A DNA stretch of 64,000 bases from contig JBEKTH010000010.1 of assembly GCA_049516255.1 (NCBI GenBank), positions 8,865-72,864 of the forward strand, given 5' to 3'. Below are positions 48,019 through 56,506 of this stretch, piece by piece. Source of the DNA: Verrucomicrobiota bacterium. Its GTDB lineage: Bacteria; Verrucomicrobiota; Verrucomicrobiia; Limisphaerales; UBA11358. Under the pieces are notes generated by a model. The model saw only the letters and a program-made list of their open reading frames with translations. It made no database searches and was not told where the DNA came from. Position 1 is the stretch's first letter, and the number at the start of each line of letters is the position of its first letter. Position numbers and translations under genes: made by a program.

Positions 48019-49659
48019 TTACCGCGATTGATTCACAAGCGGTTCGGTCGCGGCAAAGACTTTTCCTTTGCTGGCGCAAATCATTTGCGCGACGTAACGG
48101 CCAGAAAGCGCGGCGGATGGCAAGCCGCCGCCCGCCACCACCCAATGGCCGGCCATGTAGAAATCCTTCAGCCCCGGCAGCGTGTAGGGAATGCGCCGGC
48201 CCAGAATCCGCGGCGTCGGCAGCCAGCCTTCGTAACTGCCCTGCCAGTTGCCGGTGTAACGCACAAAGGTCGCCGGCGTCGCAATGTCGGAACGATCCAG
48301 ATTTTCCGCCAGGCCCGGAAAACGTTTGTCGAGATGGGCGATGATTTCCTGGACGACCCGTTTTTTCTCGGCCCGGTAACGCTGCGGATCGCTTTTCTTC
48401 AAGCCAGTCCAGTACTCGAAGCTGGCCGACATTCGGACGGTCATGACGGTGGTGCCTTCCGGACAAAGTGCCGTATCGGAACCGAACGTCTCCACTTCCA
48501 AACGGTCGTCCTGGATTTGATCGTCCACGCGCAACGGCTGAGACAGGGGCAGATTGAGGGTGTGCGGCGCATCCGGAAATACTTTTTTAATCCCCAGCGA
48601 AACCTGGATGATGGCGGGGAAAAGCTGGCAATGTTCGTACAGGAAGCGGATTTTCCTGTTTACAAACCGGCCATCCAGCATCTTGAAAATCGTCGTATGC
48701 CCGTCCGCGCAGGAAACGACGGTCGAGGCGGGGACAACGGTTCCGTCGTCGCAGCGGACGCCGATGGCGCGATGGTTTTCGACGATGACCGAGGCCACCC
48801 GGGCTTTATAGCGGATGGTGCCGCCCAGGCGGTTGTACCGGTCGGCTATCGCCATGGCAAAATCCCACGAGCCGCCGGCGACAAAGCCGGTGTTGTTCCG
48901 GGTCCGGAATGCCAGCAGCATCACAAGCACCAGGGCCGACATGTTTTTGCTGCCGACGATGAGTTGGAGGACTTCGCGGAGCCAGTCGTTTTTGTAACGG
49001 GCCAGGTAGGTGGTGATGGGCACATTCTTCAATCCCAGGATGATGGGCAGCATCGGCAGCATACGCAGGCCCAGCCTCATTTTCTGACGATGCGTCATCA
49101 ATTCCAAAGGATCCAGGGGCGGTTCCAGCGGAGCACAGCGTCGCGCCGACCGCACCAATTTGTCAATCAGGGCGCTGTCCTCGGGTGCAATGCGTTTGAA
49201 CTCGCGTGCGATGGCGTCCAGGTCCGCGGGCACCGAGATGGCCTTGCCATCGGCGCCTTCGATCCGGATGATATCGTCGTGGAGGAGAACCTTTCGCCCG
49301 GCGATGGCGCCCAATTCCTGCCAGACCTGGTAGAAGGCCGAAGGTGGCCGGGTGCCGATCAGCCAGCGCAGACAGCCGTCAAAAACATACGGCCCCCGGT
49401 GCCAGGCCGTGCATAATCCGCCCGGCAGGAGGCTCGCCTCCAGAATCTCGGTCGGGACGCCGTTCATTTGGAGGTAACAGCCACAGGCCAGCCCGGCAAC
49501 GCCGGCTCCGATGATAATGACCTTCTCCTTTCCCGGTGCCGACTGGGAGCGCCAGCCTCCCGCTGGCGTGTCACTGGCAGTCGGAAAGCTTCCACTCGCC
49601 GGCGAGACGCCAGCGCTCCCGGGTTCAGGCGCTTCGACTTGTGGCAAATCAGGGGTCAT
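48019..49659 (-). CDS. Phytoene-desaturase (CrtI)-family NAD(P)/FAD-dependent oxidoreductase
   Basis: The ORF start at 49662 is TTG; the adjacent ATG 49659 was taken instead. Dinucleotide fold KVIIIGAGVAGLACGCYLQMNG...LEA...GGL. The C-terminal ...GLKDFYMAGHWV..GGGLPSA motif is typical of CrtI-like amine-oxidase-fold enzymes. The gene ends 15 nt before ald. Confidence 0.75.
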   Translation of the reverse strand: MTPDLPQVEAPEPGSAGVSPASGSFPTASDTPAGGWRSQSAPGKEKVIIIGAGVAGLACGCYLQMNGVPTEILEASLLPGGLCTAWHRGPYVFDGCLRWLIGTRPPSAFYQVWQELGAIAGRKVLLHDDIIRIEGADGKAISVPADLDAIAREFKRIAPEDSALIDKLVRSARRCAPLEPPLDPLELMTHRQKMRLGLRMLPMLPIILGLKNVPITTYLARYKNDWLREVLQLIVGSKNMSALVLVMLLAFRTRNNTGFVAGGSWDFAMAIADRYNRLGGTIRYKARVASVIVENHRAIGVRCDDGTVVPASTVVSCADGHTTIFKMLDGRFVNRKIRFLYEHCQLFPAIIQVSLGIKKVFPDAPHTLNLPLSQPLRVDDQIQDDRLEVETFGSDTALCPEGTTVMTVRMSASFEYWTGLKKSDPQRYRAEKKRVVQEIIAHLDKRFPGLAENLDRSDIATPATFVRYTGNWQGSYEGWLPTPRILGRRIPYTLPGLKDFYMAGHWVVAGGGLPSAALSGRYVAQMICASKGKVFAATEPLVNQSR

Positions 49660-49678
49660 CAAAATTACCTCTCAGAAC

Positions 49679-49820
49679 AATCGTAGGAGCCGACGTAAGG
49701 AGGCTCGTTATTTCCGATTTCCGATATACGATTGACGCGCGGCCGGGATGGAAGTGGACTCGTAAATCGTAAATCGCATATCGTAAATCGAATCGGAGCC
49801 TCGTCACCTCGGCTGCTACA
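49679..49820. repeat. MITE-like interspersed element, copy 1 (~140 bp, imperfect ~25-bp terminal inverted repeats)
   Basis: TIRs are GTAGGAGCCGACGTAAGGAGGCTCG and the reverse complement of CGGAGCCTCGTCACCTCGGCTGCTAC (20/25 match by eye). The interior carries CGATATACGATTGACGCGCG and CGTAAATCGTAAATCG. It aligns end to end with the reverse complement of 57812-57947. Confidence 0.7.
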
Positions 49821-49833
49821 AAAGGACAGGCTT

Positions 49834-50565
49834 TCATAAAATCCCGCCGTCGACTTTGAGCGTGGAGCCGGTGATGTAGCTGGCCTCGGCGCTCGCCAGA
49901 AAACGGACGGTGGCCGCCACTTCCTCGGGCCGGCCGAATCGCCGCATGGGAACGCGCATCTGTGCCGCCTTGCGTTCCTCCTCCGCCAGATGGGCCAGCG
50001 CCTCGGTTTCCACGTAACCGGGACAGACGGCGTTCACGGTGATGCCGATGCGCGCCACTTCCTTGGCCAGCGACTGGGTCAACGCGACCACACCCGCCTT
50101 GGCGGCGGCGTAATTGGTCTGCCCGGCCGGTGCCAGCAGCGCGCTCAAGGATGACAGATTCACAATCCGGCCGGCGCGCTGGCTGATCATCGTCGGCAAC
50201 ACGGCCTGGCAGCCGTGAAAAACGCCGTCGAGGTTGGTCGCCAGGACGCGGTCCCACGAATCCGGCGGCATGGTGGCCAACAGGGCATCTTCGTGACTGC
50301 CCGCATTGTTGACCAGGACATCAATCCGGTTGTGCCGGGCCAGGATTTCCTTGGCCGCCTGTTTCCAGGATTCGGGAGCGGTAACGTCCAGGGTGAGGCA
50401 AAAACAGCGGCCAGGATTTTCCTCGGCCAGTTGGTCGGCGTGTTCGCGCCGGGTGCGGACGCCGAGCCAGACGACATTGTCGGGCGACTCGTGGAGGAAG
50501 GCACGCGCGCTGGCCTGGCCCAAACCGCCGTTGGCTCCCGTAATCAGAATGACCCGCAAGCTCAT
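49834..50565 (-). CDS. fabG: 3-oxoacyl-ACP reductase (SDR, FabG-like)
   Basis: ORF 49834..51066 trimmed to ATG 50565 (ATGA overlap with the CLF stop). Motifs ITGANGGLGQA, NNAG, and catalytic YAAAK in NYAAAKAG. 243 aa. Confidence 0.85.
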   Translation of the reverse strand: MSLRVILITGANGGLGQASARAFLHESPDNVVWLGVRTRREHADQLAEENPGRCFCLTLDVTAPESWKQAAKEILARHNRIDVLVNNAGSHEDALLATMPPDSWDRVLATNLDGVFHGCQAVLPTMISQRAGRIVNLSSLSALLAPAGQTNYAAAKAGVVALTQSLAKEVARIGITVNAVCPGYVETEALAHLAEEERKAAQMRVPMRRFGRPEEVAATVRFLASAEASYITGSTLKVDGGIL

Positions 50566-51710
50566 GGCCGAATGTTGCCCGGCGACCAGCCGGGGGACAA
50601 ATGAGAAATGGCGGAATCGGTACGCACAAACCTCGCACCCATCGCCTGCTGATTGGAGCCGACCAGACTGACGTTGGCGGTGGTGAACCGTCCGCCGGCC
50701 ACCGCATCGCACGCGGTCACGCATTGCCAGGCGGCGGCGGCCATCAATCCTTCGCCCAAAATGCGTTTCGGACTGATCCGCGGGCCGGTCCAATCCCGCC
50801 AGGCATTGAGTTCGGCTACGTCCGTGCGCGGGCCGTTCCCGACGCCGTCGCAGAGCAGTTCCACATCTACCGGGAGCGCCGGCATCCTGCCGGCGATTTT
50901 TTTGTTTTGCTCCGATGCGGGCCGGCAAGATGCCGGCGCTCCCAGCTTTTCCAGTTGGCTGCGCATGGCGCGGGCGGCTTGCGCCCGGGTCTTTTGGGCG
51001 GAGTAGGTATGCGCGTCGGTGACGGCGGCCAATTCGACACCGATTGAAGGTTCCGGTTCCCGGCACAAACAGATGGCCCCGGCGCCCGCGGTGAGGACGG
51101 CGGGGCGTTCAAGGTGCCAAAGCGCGTCCGCGAGTATCCAGTTGGTTTCTTCAGCGCCGATGACGAGGCATGCGTCCACGCGCTTTTCCTCCAGCCATTG
51201 GGCGCCCAGGGATATTCCCTGGAGAAAAGCAGCCGGATCGCCCACCATGGAGCTGGCCAGTGAAATGTTTCCCAGTACCGCCGCAAGATGGCTGGCGGGC
51301 GCGGCGTAGACAGTTTCGGGAAACAGGAGCGGACTCGCGGTGGCCGGGTCTTTCAATGTCTCCTCGTAAAAACGGCAGGAATAATTCACACAGCCGGATT
51401 GCAGGCAGACCACCAGGCCCAGACGCAACCCGGGATCGCGGTCCGCCCGCCATTGGGCCATGGCTTCGAGTGCGGATGCCACAACATAGTGCGTGATGGG
51501 ACTCGCGCGTCGCAGACGCGGATGCGCCAGAAATTCGGGGCGCGACGTGGGATTGGGCACCAAACGCGCCCGGAGCGGTTTCTCCCAACCGGGCCGTTCC
51601 AGCGATTGAACGGGAAGGGGTTCGCCCTGGGCCAGCGCCGCGCGCAGGGCGGCGACATTCCAGCCGGCGGGCGAGACCGCGCCCAATCCGGCAACGAAAA
51701 TCCGGCTCAT
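50562..51710 (-). CDS. Beta-ketoacyl synthase-like protein lacking the active-site Cys (chain-length-factor-type partner)
   Basis: ORF trimmed to ATG 51710 (ATGA overlap with the KS stop). Thiolase-fold KS-like N-terminus (IFVAGLGAVSPAGW). Where KS enzymes have the ACxS Cys, it reads SLASSMVGDPAAF. It carries a 24-aa in-frame palindromic insertion. Confidence 0.7.
   Translation of the reverse strand: MSRIFVAGLGAVSPAGWNVAALRAALAQGEPLPVQSLERPGWEKPLRARLVPNPTSRPEFLAHPRLRRASPITHYVVASALEAMAQWRADRDPGLRLGLVVCLQSGCVNYSCRFYEETLKDPATASPLLFPETVYAAPASHLAAVLGNISLASSMVGDPAAFLQGISLGAQWLEEKRVDACLVIGAEETNWILADALWHLERPAVLTAGAGAICLCREPEPSIGVELAAVTDAHTYSAQKTRAQAARAMRSQLEKLGAPASCRPASEQNKKIAGRMPALPVDVELLCDGVGNGPRTDVAELNAWRDWTGPRISPKRILGEGLMAAAAWQCVTACDAVAGGRFTTANVSLVGSNQQAMGARFVRTDSAISHLSPGWSPGNIRP
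50872..50943. repeat. GC-rich palindromic repeat inserted in frame inside the CLF-like CDS
   Basis: Arms GGGAGCGCCGGCATCCTGCCGGC (50872-50894) and GCCGGCAAGATGCCGGCGCTCCC (50921-50943) are complementary with 1 mismatch. The loop is T-rich. 72 nt = 24 codons (GAPASCRPASEQNKKIAGRMPALP). Same arms as the 59525-59602 hairpin. Confidence 0.7.
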
Positions 51711-52948
51711 GTCCACCTCCGCAAAACCAGGCTCGCATTGACGCCGCCAAAACCGAACGAGTTGGACAAGACGACATGCACCCGTGCGTCCCGGGGTTGG
51801 TGGACGATGGGAAAGTTGCAAGCCGGGTCGGGAGTTTCAAACAGCGTTTCCGGCGGCAGCCATTGTTCGCGCAGGGTCATCAGGCAGACCACGGCTTCGA
51901 CGGCACCCGCGGCGCCCAGGAGATGCCCAATGCCGGCTTTGGTCGAACTGACCGGCAGGGTTGCGGCGCGCTGGCCCGCCCAATGGCCGATGGCGACTGC
52001 TTCCGAGCTGTCATTGAGCACCGTGCCCGTGCCATGCGCATTGATATAATCAACATCCTCAGGTGCGACCCCGGCCGTGGTACAGGCTTGTTTCATGACC
52101 GTCAGCGTCGTGTCACCCTGCGGCTGCGGCTGGGTGAGGTGATGCTGGTCAATGGCCGTGCCGTAGCCGATGAGTTCTCCCAGAATGGGAACGCCCCGCC
52201 GGCGCGCTCTTTCCAGCGTTTCCAGCGCGACCACGGCCGCGCCTTCACCCAGTGCCAGACCATCACGCCGGGCATCGAACGGACGGCAGATGGTGGTCGA
52301 GAGCGCCTGCAAGGCGTCAAAACCTGAAAACACAAGTTCCGTAAGCGCGTCATAACCGCCGGCCAGGGCGCGTTCAGCCTGGCCGCAGCGAATCAGTTCC
52401 CAGGCATGGCCGACGGCATTGCTGCCGGAGGCGCAGGCATTTGAGACAATGGTGACCGGCCCGTTGGAACCGAGCGCCTCAAGGACCGTTCGCGCCTGGA
52501 CCTGGGGTTGATAGTGGACGGCCCGGGTGGATTGATGGTGATGCCGGCGCGGCGTTTGCACCGCCTGACGAAAATACGCTTCGCCAAATGACATGCCGCC
52601 CGCGGTGGTGCCCAAAACGAACGGCAGATTTTCCATGGGTTCCCAGCCGGACTGCTGCCACGCTTCATGGGTGGCCAGCAGCAACAGGGAAGCGGCACGG
52701 TCGAACCGGGCAGTTTGTTTCGCGCTGAGCCGGGTCGGCGGCAGGGTCGCCGGCAAATCAACTTCCGCCGCGTTCTTCGCCCGCTGACGTCGAACATCGA
52801 AGTGTGACACAGGGCGGAATGCTGGGCGTCCGGCGCGAAAACCTTCCGCGTTGGGTTTCCAGCCCAGACCCAGAGCCGTGACGATTCCCGCGCCGGTGAT
52901 GACCACGCGCGGCGGCGCTTGGGGCGGAGACGTGGTCGGGAAGAGCAT
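51707..52948 (-). CDS. Beta-ketoacyl-ACP synthase (KAS I/II-type, catalytically complete)
   Basis: Active-site Cys in VSNACASGSNA, His motifs NAHGTGT and GHLLGAAG, C-terminal SNSFGFGGVNASLVL. Confidence 0.88.
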   Translation of the reverse strand: MLFPTTSPPQAPPRVVITGAGIVTALGLGWKPNAEGFRAGRPAFRPVSHFDVRRQRAKNAAEVDLPATLPPTRLSAKQTARFDRAASLLLLATHEAWQQSGWEPMENLPFVLGTTAGGMSFGEAYFRQAVQTPRRHHHQSTRAVHYQPQVQARTVLEALGSNGPVTIVSNACASGSNAVGHAWELIRCGQAERALAGGYDALTELVFSGFDALQALSTTICRPFDARRDGLALGEGAAVVALETLERARRRGVPILGELIGYGTAIDQHHLTQPQPQGDTTLTVMKQACTTAGVAPEDVDYINAHGTGTVLNDSSEAVAIGHWAGQRAATLPVSSTKAGIGHLLGAAGAVEAVVCLMTLREQWLPPETLFETPDPACNFPIVHQPRDARVHVVLSNSFGFGGVNASLVLRRWT

Positions 52949-53172
52949 GACGGTTGAATGACAGTGGGATTTGGCTTTACCAGGGTGCAGGCAGGTGATG
53001 ACACACCACTCGCCGGTCGGGTTTTGCGCTTACGGCATGCCTTGCATCGTTCAATTCGGTCCCAAAATATAATCCCACCGCCTCATCTAGCAATGGAAAA
53101 TCCACCGGCAATCCGCGCCGGTGACGAGAGTTTTGCCTCGATTCCCGGCGGCATCCCGCTCAAGCTCCGCTG

Positions 53173-53919
53173 ATGTTTGTAGCGAAGACATGCGCGGCGG
53201 TGATTCCCTGTTTCAACGAGGCGGGGACGATAGCGCCCCTGGTCACGGCCGTACGCCAACATCTCCCGCTTGTCCTGGTGGTGGACGACGGTTCCACCGA
53301 TGGCACGCCTGCCCTGGCCAGCGGTGCCGGTGCGATGTTGGCCCGTCACCATCAAAATCTCGGCAAGGGCGCCGCGCTCAGAACCGGACTGTCGCTGGTC
53401 TTGAAACAAGGATTTGAATGGGCTTTGACCCTGGATGGTGACGGCCAGCATGCGCCCGGCGATTTGCCGTCATTGCTTCAATACGCCGGGCAGACCGGGG
53501 CATCGCTGGTCATCGGGAGCCGCATGCATAATGCGCGGGCCATACCCTGGCTGCGCCGGCAGGTGAATTGGTGGATGAGCCGGAAACTGTCGCACCTGGC
53601 CGGGCGATCCCTCCCGGACACGCAATGCGGTTTACGGCTCATCCACCTGGCAACCTGGGCGGCCTTGCCGCTCCAGACGGAACGCTTCGAGGTTGAATCC
53701 GAAACCCTGATGGCCTTCCTTGCGGCAGGACAGCGGGTCGAGTTCGTCCCGATCCAGGTCATTCGCAGTGGTCGCCGGAGCCGCATTCGTCCGGTGGCCG
53801 ACACGTTGCGCTGGTGGAAATGGTGGCGGAATTTCCGCCGGCCCACCACGGGCGAGCCGGCAGGTTCAGGGCTCCAGACATCCCCGCCGGCCGCAATCCC
53901 GATGGAAATGCACCATTAA
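53173..53919 (+). CDS. Glycosyltransferase family 2 (short, ~248 aa)
   Basis: AAVIPCFNEAGTIAPLV, LVVDDGSTDGT, LDGDGQH (DxD-type). Confidence 0.8.
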   Translation: MFVAKTCAAVIPCFNEAGTIAPLVTAVRQHLPLVLVVDDGSTDGTPALASGAGAMLARHHQNLGKGAALRTGLSLVLKQGFEWALTLDGDGQHAPGDLPSLLQYAGQTGASLVIGSRMHNARAIPWLRRQVNWWMSRKLSHLAGRSLPDTQCGLRLIHLATWAALPLQTERFEVESETLMAFLAAGQRVEFVPIQVIRSGRRSRIRPVADTLRWWKWWRNFRRPTTGEPAGSGLQTSPPAAIPMEMHH

Positions 53920-53944
53920 GAGAATCGGGCGCCCCCCCCGCTGC

Positions 53945-54874
53945 TTACTTGGTGGGATTATAGACGTACTTGCCGCTGGTGTCGATGTACCCGAATTTTC
54001 CGCCCGCTTTGACCTGCGCCAGGCCGTCAACAAAGGAATCGGCTTCGTCGAACTGCGGGTTGATCGCAAATTTCCCGGTGGCATCAATGTATCCCCAGTG
54101 TTTCCCCTGCCGGACCGGCGCCAGATCCCCTGAAAAAGCGCCAGCGTCGTCAAACTGCGGATTGATTGCAAATTTTCCGGTGGGGTCGATATAACCCCAA
54201 TGTTTTCCCTGCCGGACCGGTGCCAAGCCATTGCCGAAGCGTCCGATCTCATCGAACTGGGAATTGATGGTCATCTTCCCGGCCTTGTCAACGAACCCCC
54301 ATTTGCCGCCCGCCCGGATTCCCGCGAGCCCTTCGGAAAAAGGCAGCGCCCTTTCAAACTGCGGGTTGATGACAATGATTCCGGTTTTATCAACAAAACC
54401 CCAATGGCCGCCCATCCGGACGGGCGCGAGCCCTTGGGAAAACGTTCCGGCATCTTCAAACTGCGGATTGATGACCAACTTGCCATCCGTATTGATGAAG
54501 CCGTAACGACCGCCACCACCGACGTGATAGAAAGGTCTCGGATCGTATGGAACAAATGGGTCGCCGCCGCCGCCGCCGAGCCTGACCGCCGCCAGCCCTT
54601 CGCTGAAAACGTCGGCCTTGTCGAACTGCGGAACGACCGCGATCTTCCCCGAACTGTCCACGTAACCCCACCGGCCCATGCGCACCGGAGCCAGGCCCTC
54701 CGCAAAAACCTCCGCCCGATCGAACTGCGGATTGATTACGGTTTCGCCGGATTTATTCACAAACCCCCAGCGGCCATTGACGACCACCGGATAAAGAGTT
54801 GTCGCGGCTGTGCCAATGGAGGCTGTACTCAACGTTGCCAGGGTAAACAACAGGTAGAACCAGTTTTTATTCAT
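53945..54874 (-). CDS. Secreted WG-repeat (KWG-type) protein, ~8 tandem ~35-aa repeats
   Basis: Signal peptide MNKNWFYLLFTLATLSTASIGTA. Repeated unit: WG(F/Y)(V/I)D..GK..INPQFD.A..FSEGLAPVR.G. Confidence 0.8.
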   Translation of the reverse strand: MNKNWFYLLFTLATLSTASIGTAATTLYPVVVNGRWGFVNKSGETVINPQFDRAEVFAEGLAPVRMGRWGYVDSSGKIAVVPQFDKADVFSEGLAAVRLGGGGGDPFVPYDPRPFYHVGGGGRYGFINTDGKLVINPQFEDAGTFSQGLAPVRMGGHWGFVDKTGIIVINPQFERALPFSEGLAGIRAGGKWGFVDKAGKMTINSQFDEIGRFGNGLAPVRQGKHWGYIDPTGKFAINPQFDDAGAFSGDLAPVRQGKHWGYIDATGKFAINPQFDEADSFVDGLAQVKAGGKFGYIDTSGKYVYNPTK

Positions 54875-55117
54875 AATGTTTTAGAGGTTGCTTTTTTACA
54901 CCACACAGATTTCCGCCAAGCCGTCCCGCGTCAAGCCCGGCATGGGTGTCAGAGTCTATTTTTCGGCGAGGGCGAGTCAAGCGGCGATTCCAATGCGTCC
55001 TCCCGTAGTTTCAGGTTCGATCCGATTGGTGGGTTGGCCGGCAAATATAATGACTTGCATAAGCGCCTCCCATGAATAATCCTTTTCTCCGGCGAAACCA
55101 GGAATCGTTTTCGAACA

Positions 55118-56362
55118 ATGAGGAATTCAATCCAGACGGTGGGCATCATCGGCAGCGGCCCGGCGGGGGCAACGCTGGCCTCGCTGCTCACGATGAAGGG
55201 GGTGGACGTGACGCTGTTCGACGACGGCCGCCGGCCCGACCTGATTGTGGGGGAATCGCTCATTCCGGCGATCGTGCCGGTGCTGCGGAAATTGGGCGTG
55301 GAGGAGCGCGCCGCGGCGGTTTGCCAGCACAAGCCGGGCGTCAGCTTTACATTTAATCCGGATGAACAGGTTGACTTTACCTTTCAATCGCTCGCCGGCT
55401 CGCCCATGCCGACGTATGCCTATAACGCGCCGCGTCCGGCCTTTGACCGGTTGCTGGACGAACGCGCCGATGAGCTGGGCGTGAAACGCGTGCGTAGGCG
55501 AGCAAAGGTCGAACGGAAGGATGGAGACGGATTGCGGCTGGCGGAGGAGACACTCTCGCAAGCTACGTGGCTTAACGGCCGGCAGCCGGATTTGCTTGTG
55601 GATTCCACGGGACGCAGCCGGCTCTTCGCGCGCACGCTGGAAATTCCCGCGGAAGTCGGCCCGCGCAGGGACGTGGCCTATTTTGCCCACTATGAAGGCT
55701 TCGCCGAGCAATCGCCGCGCGGTCAGGTGATCATTGGCCGGCTGGCCAACGGCTGGTGCTGGCGCATCCCGTTGCGCAACCGGCTTTCCGTCGGCGTGGT
55801 CATGAACAAGGATGATGCCGCGCAATTTGGAACTGGCCCCGAGGAACGGCTCGAAGGGGTCATCAACCATGACCCCCTGCTTGCCGCCGCCGGCCGGGAC
55901 CGTCGCCGCCTCACGGAAGTGGTCACTTATACCAACTACCAACTGGTCTCCCGGCGCGGCCATGGGCCGGGCTGGGTGATGACAGGCGACGCCCTGGGTT
56001 TTGTGGACCCCATGCTGTCGCCGGGCATGTGGCTGGCGCTGCGTTCCGCGGAATTACTCGTCGAACATCTGGATAATCTGCCGGTCTATTCGCGCGAAAT
56101 GCGCAAGCTCATCAAGGCTTGGATGGGGTTCATCGAATATTTTTACGATGGCCGCATTTTTGCGATGTACAAGACCGGCATGTTCTTCGAGCGGAAATTT
56201 CCCGGTAAAATCGCCGCGACGATGCATAACTTTTTCAACCGCAAAATCGCCTGCATGGCCGCGGGAGCAACCACCACCTCGCGGTTTGGGCATGGCATGT
56301 TGCAAATCATGTCGCGTCCCGCCGCCTGGAAAACCGATCCCGCCCTGCTCGCCATCCGCTGA
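55118..56362 (+). CDS. Flavin-dependent halogenase-like FAD oxidoreductase
   Basis: GxGxxG (VGIIGSGPAGA), a GESLIP motif (compare GEATIP of tryptophan halogenases), and WxWxIP as GWCWRIPL at nt 55754-55771. Confidence 0.65.
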   Translation: MRNSIQTVGIIGSGPAGATLASLLTMKGVDVTLFDDGRRPDLIVGESLIPAIVPVLRKLGVEERAAAVCQHKPGVSFTFNPDEQVDFTFQSLAGSPMPTYAYNAPRPAFDRLLDERADELGVKRVRRRAKVERKDGDGLRLAEETLSQATWLNGRQPDLLVDSTGRSRLFARTLEIPAEVGPRRDVAYFAHYEGFAEQSPRGQVIIGRLANGWCWRIPLRNRLSVGVVMNKDDAAQFGTGPEERLEGVINHDPLLAAAGRDRRRLTEVVTYTNYQLVSRRGHGPGWVMTGDALGFVDPMLSPGMWLALRSAELLVEHLDNLPVYSREMRKLIKAWMGFIEYFYDGRIFAMYKTGMFFERKFPGKIAATMHNFFNRKIACMAAGATTTSRFGHGMLQIMSRPAAWKTDPALLAIR

Positions 56363-56506
56363 CGTTTCCGACCGCGACGGTGTCCTTCGCGAATAATTAG
56401 GTTTTCGATTGGTTGGTTCCGGTCAGGCCCGGTGACGGGCGGGCCCCCATGGCAGGGCAAGTTCAGGCTTGCCAGGGAAATGACAGTTGGCGTAAAGAAA
56501 GGGCAG

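Noticed and set aside
47821-49416. 531-aa plus-strand ORF, and similarly 61181..62590 (469 aa), 28450..29520, 30474..31667, 1454..2749
   Set aside because: They are antisense to ald/CrtI-like, rSAM, pfk, the 1132-aa gene and the PaaK-like gene respectively. Their composition and lack of motifs indicate shadow ORFs.
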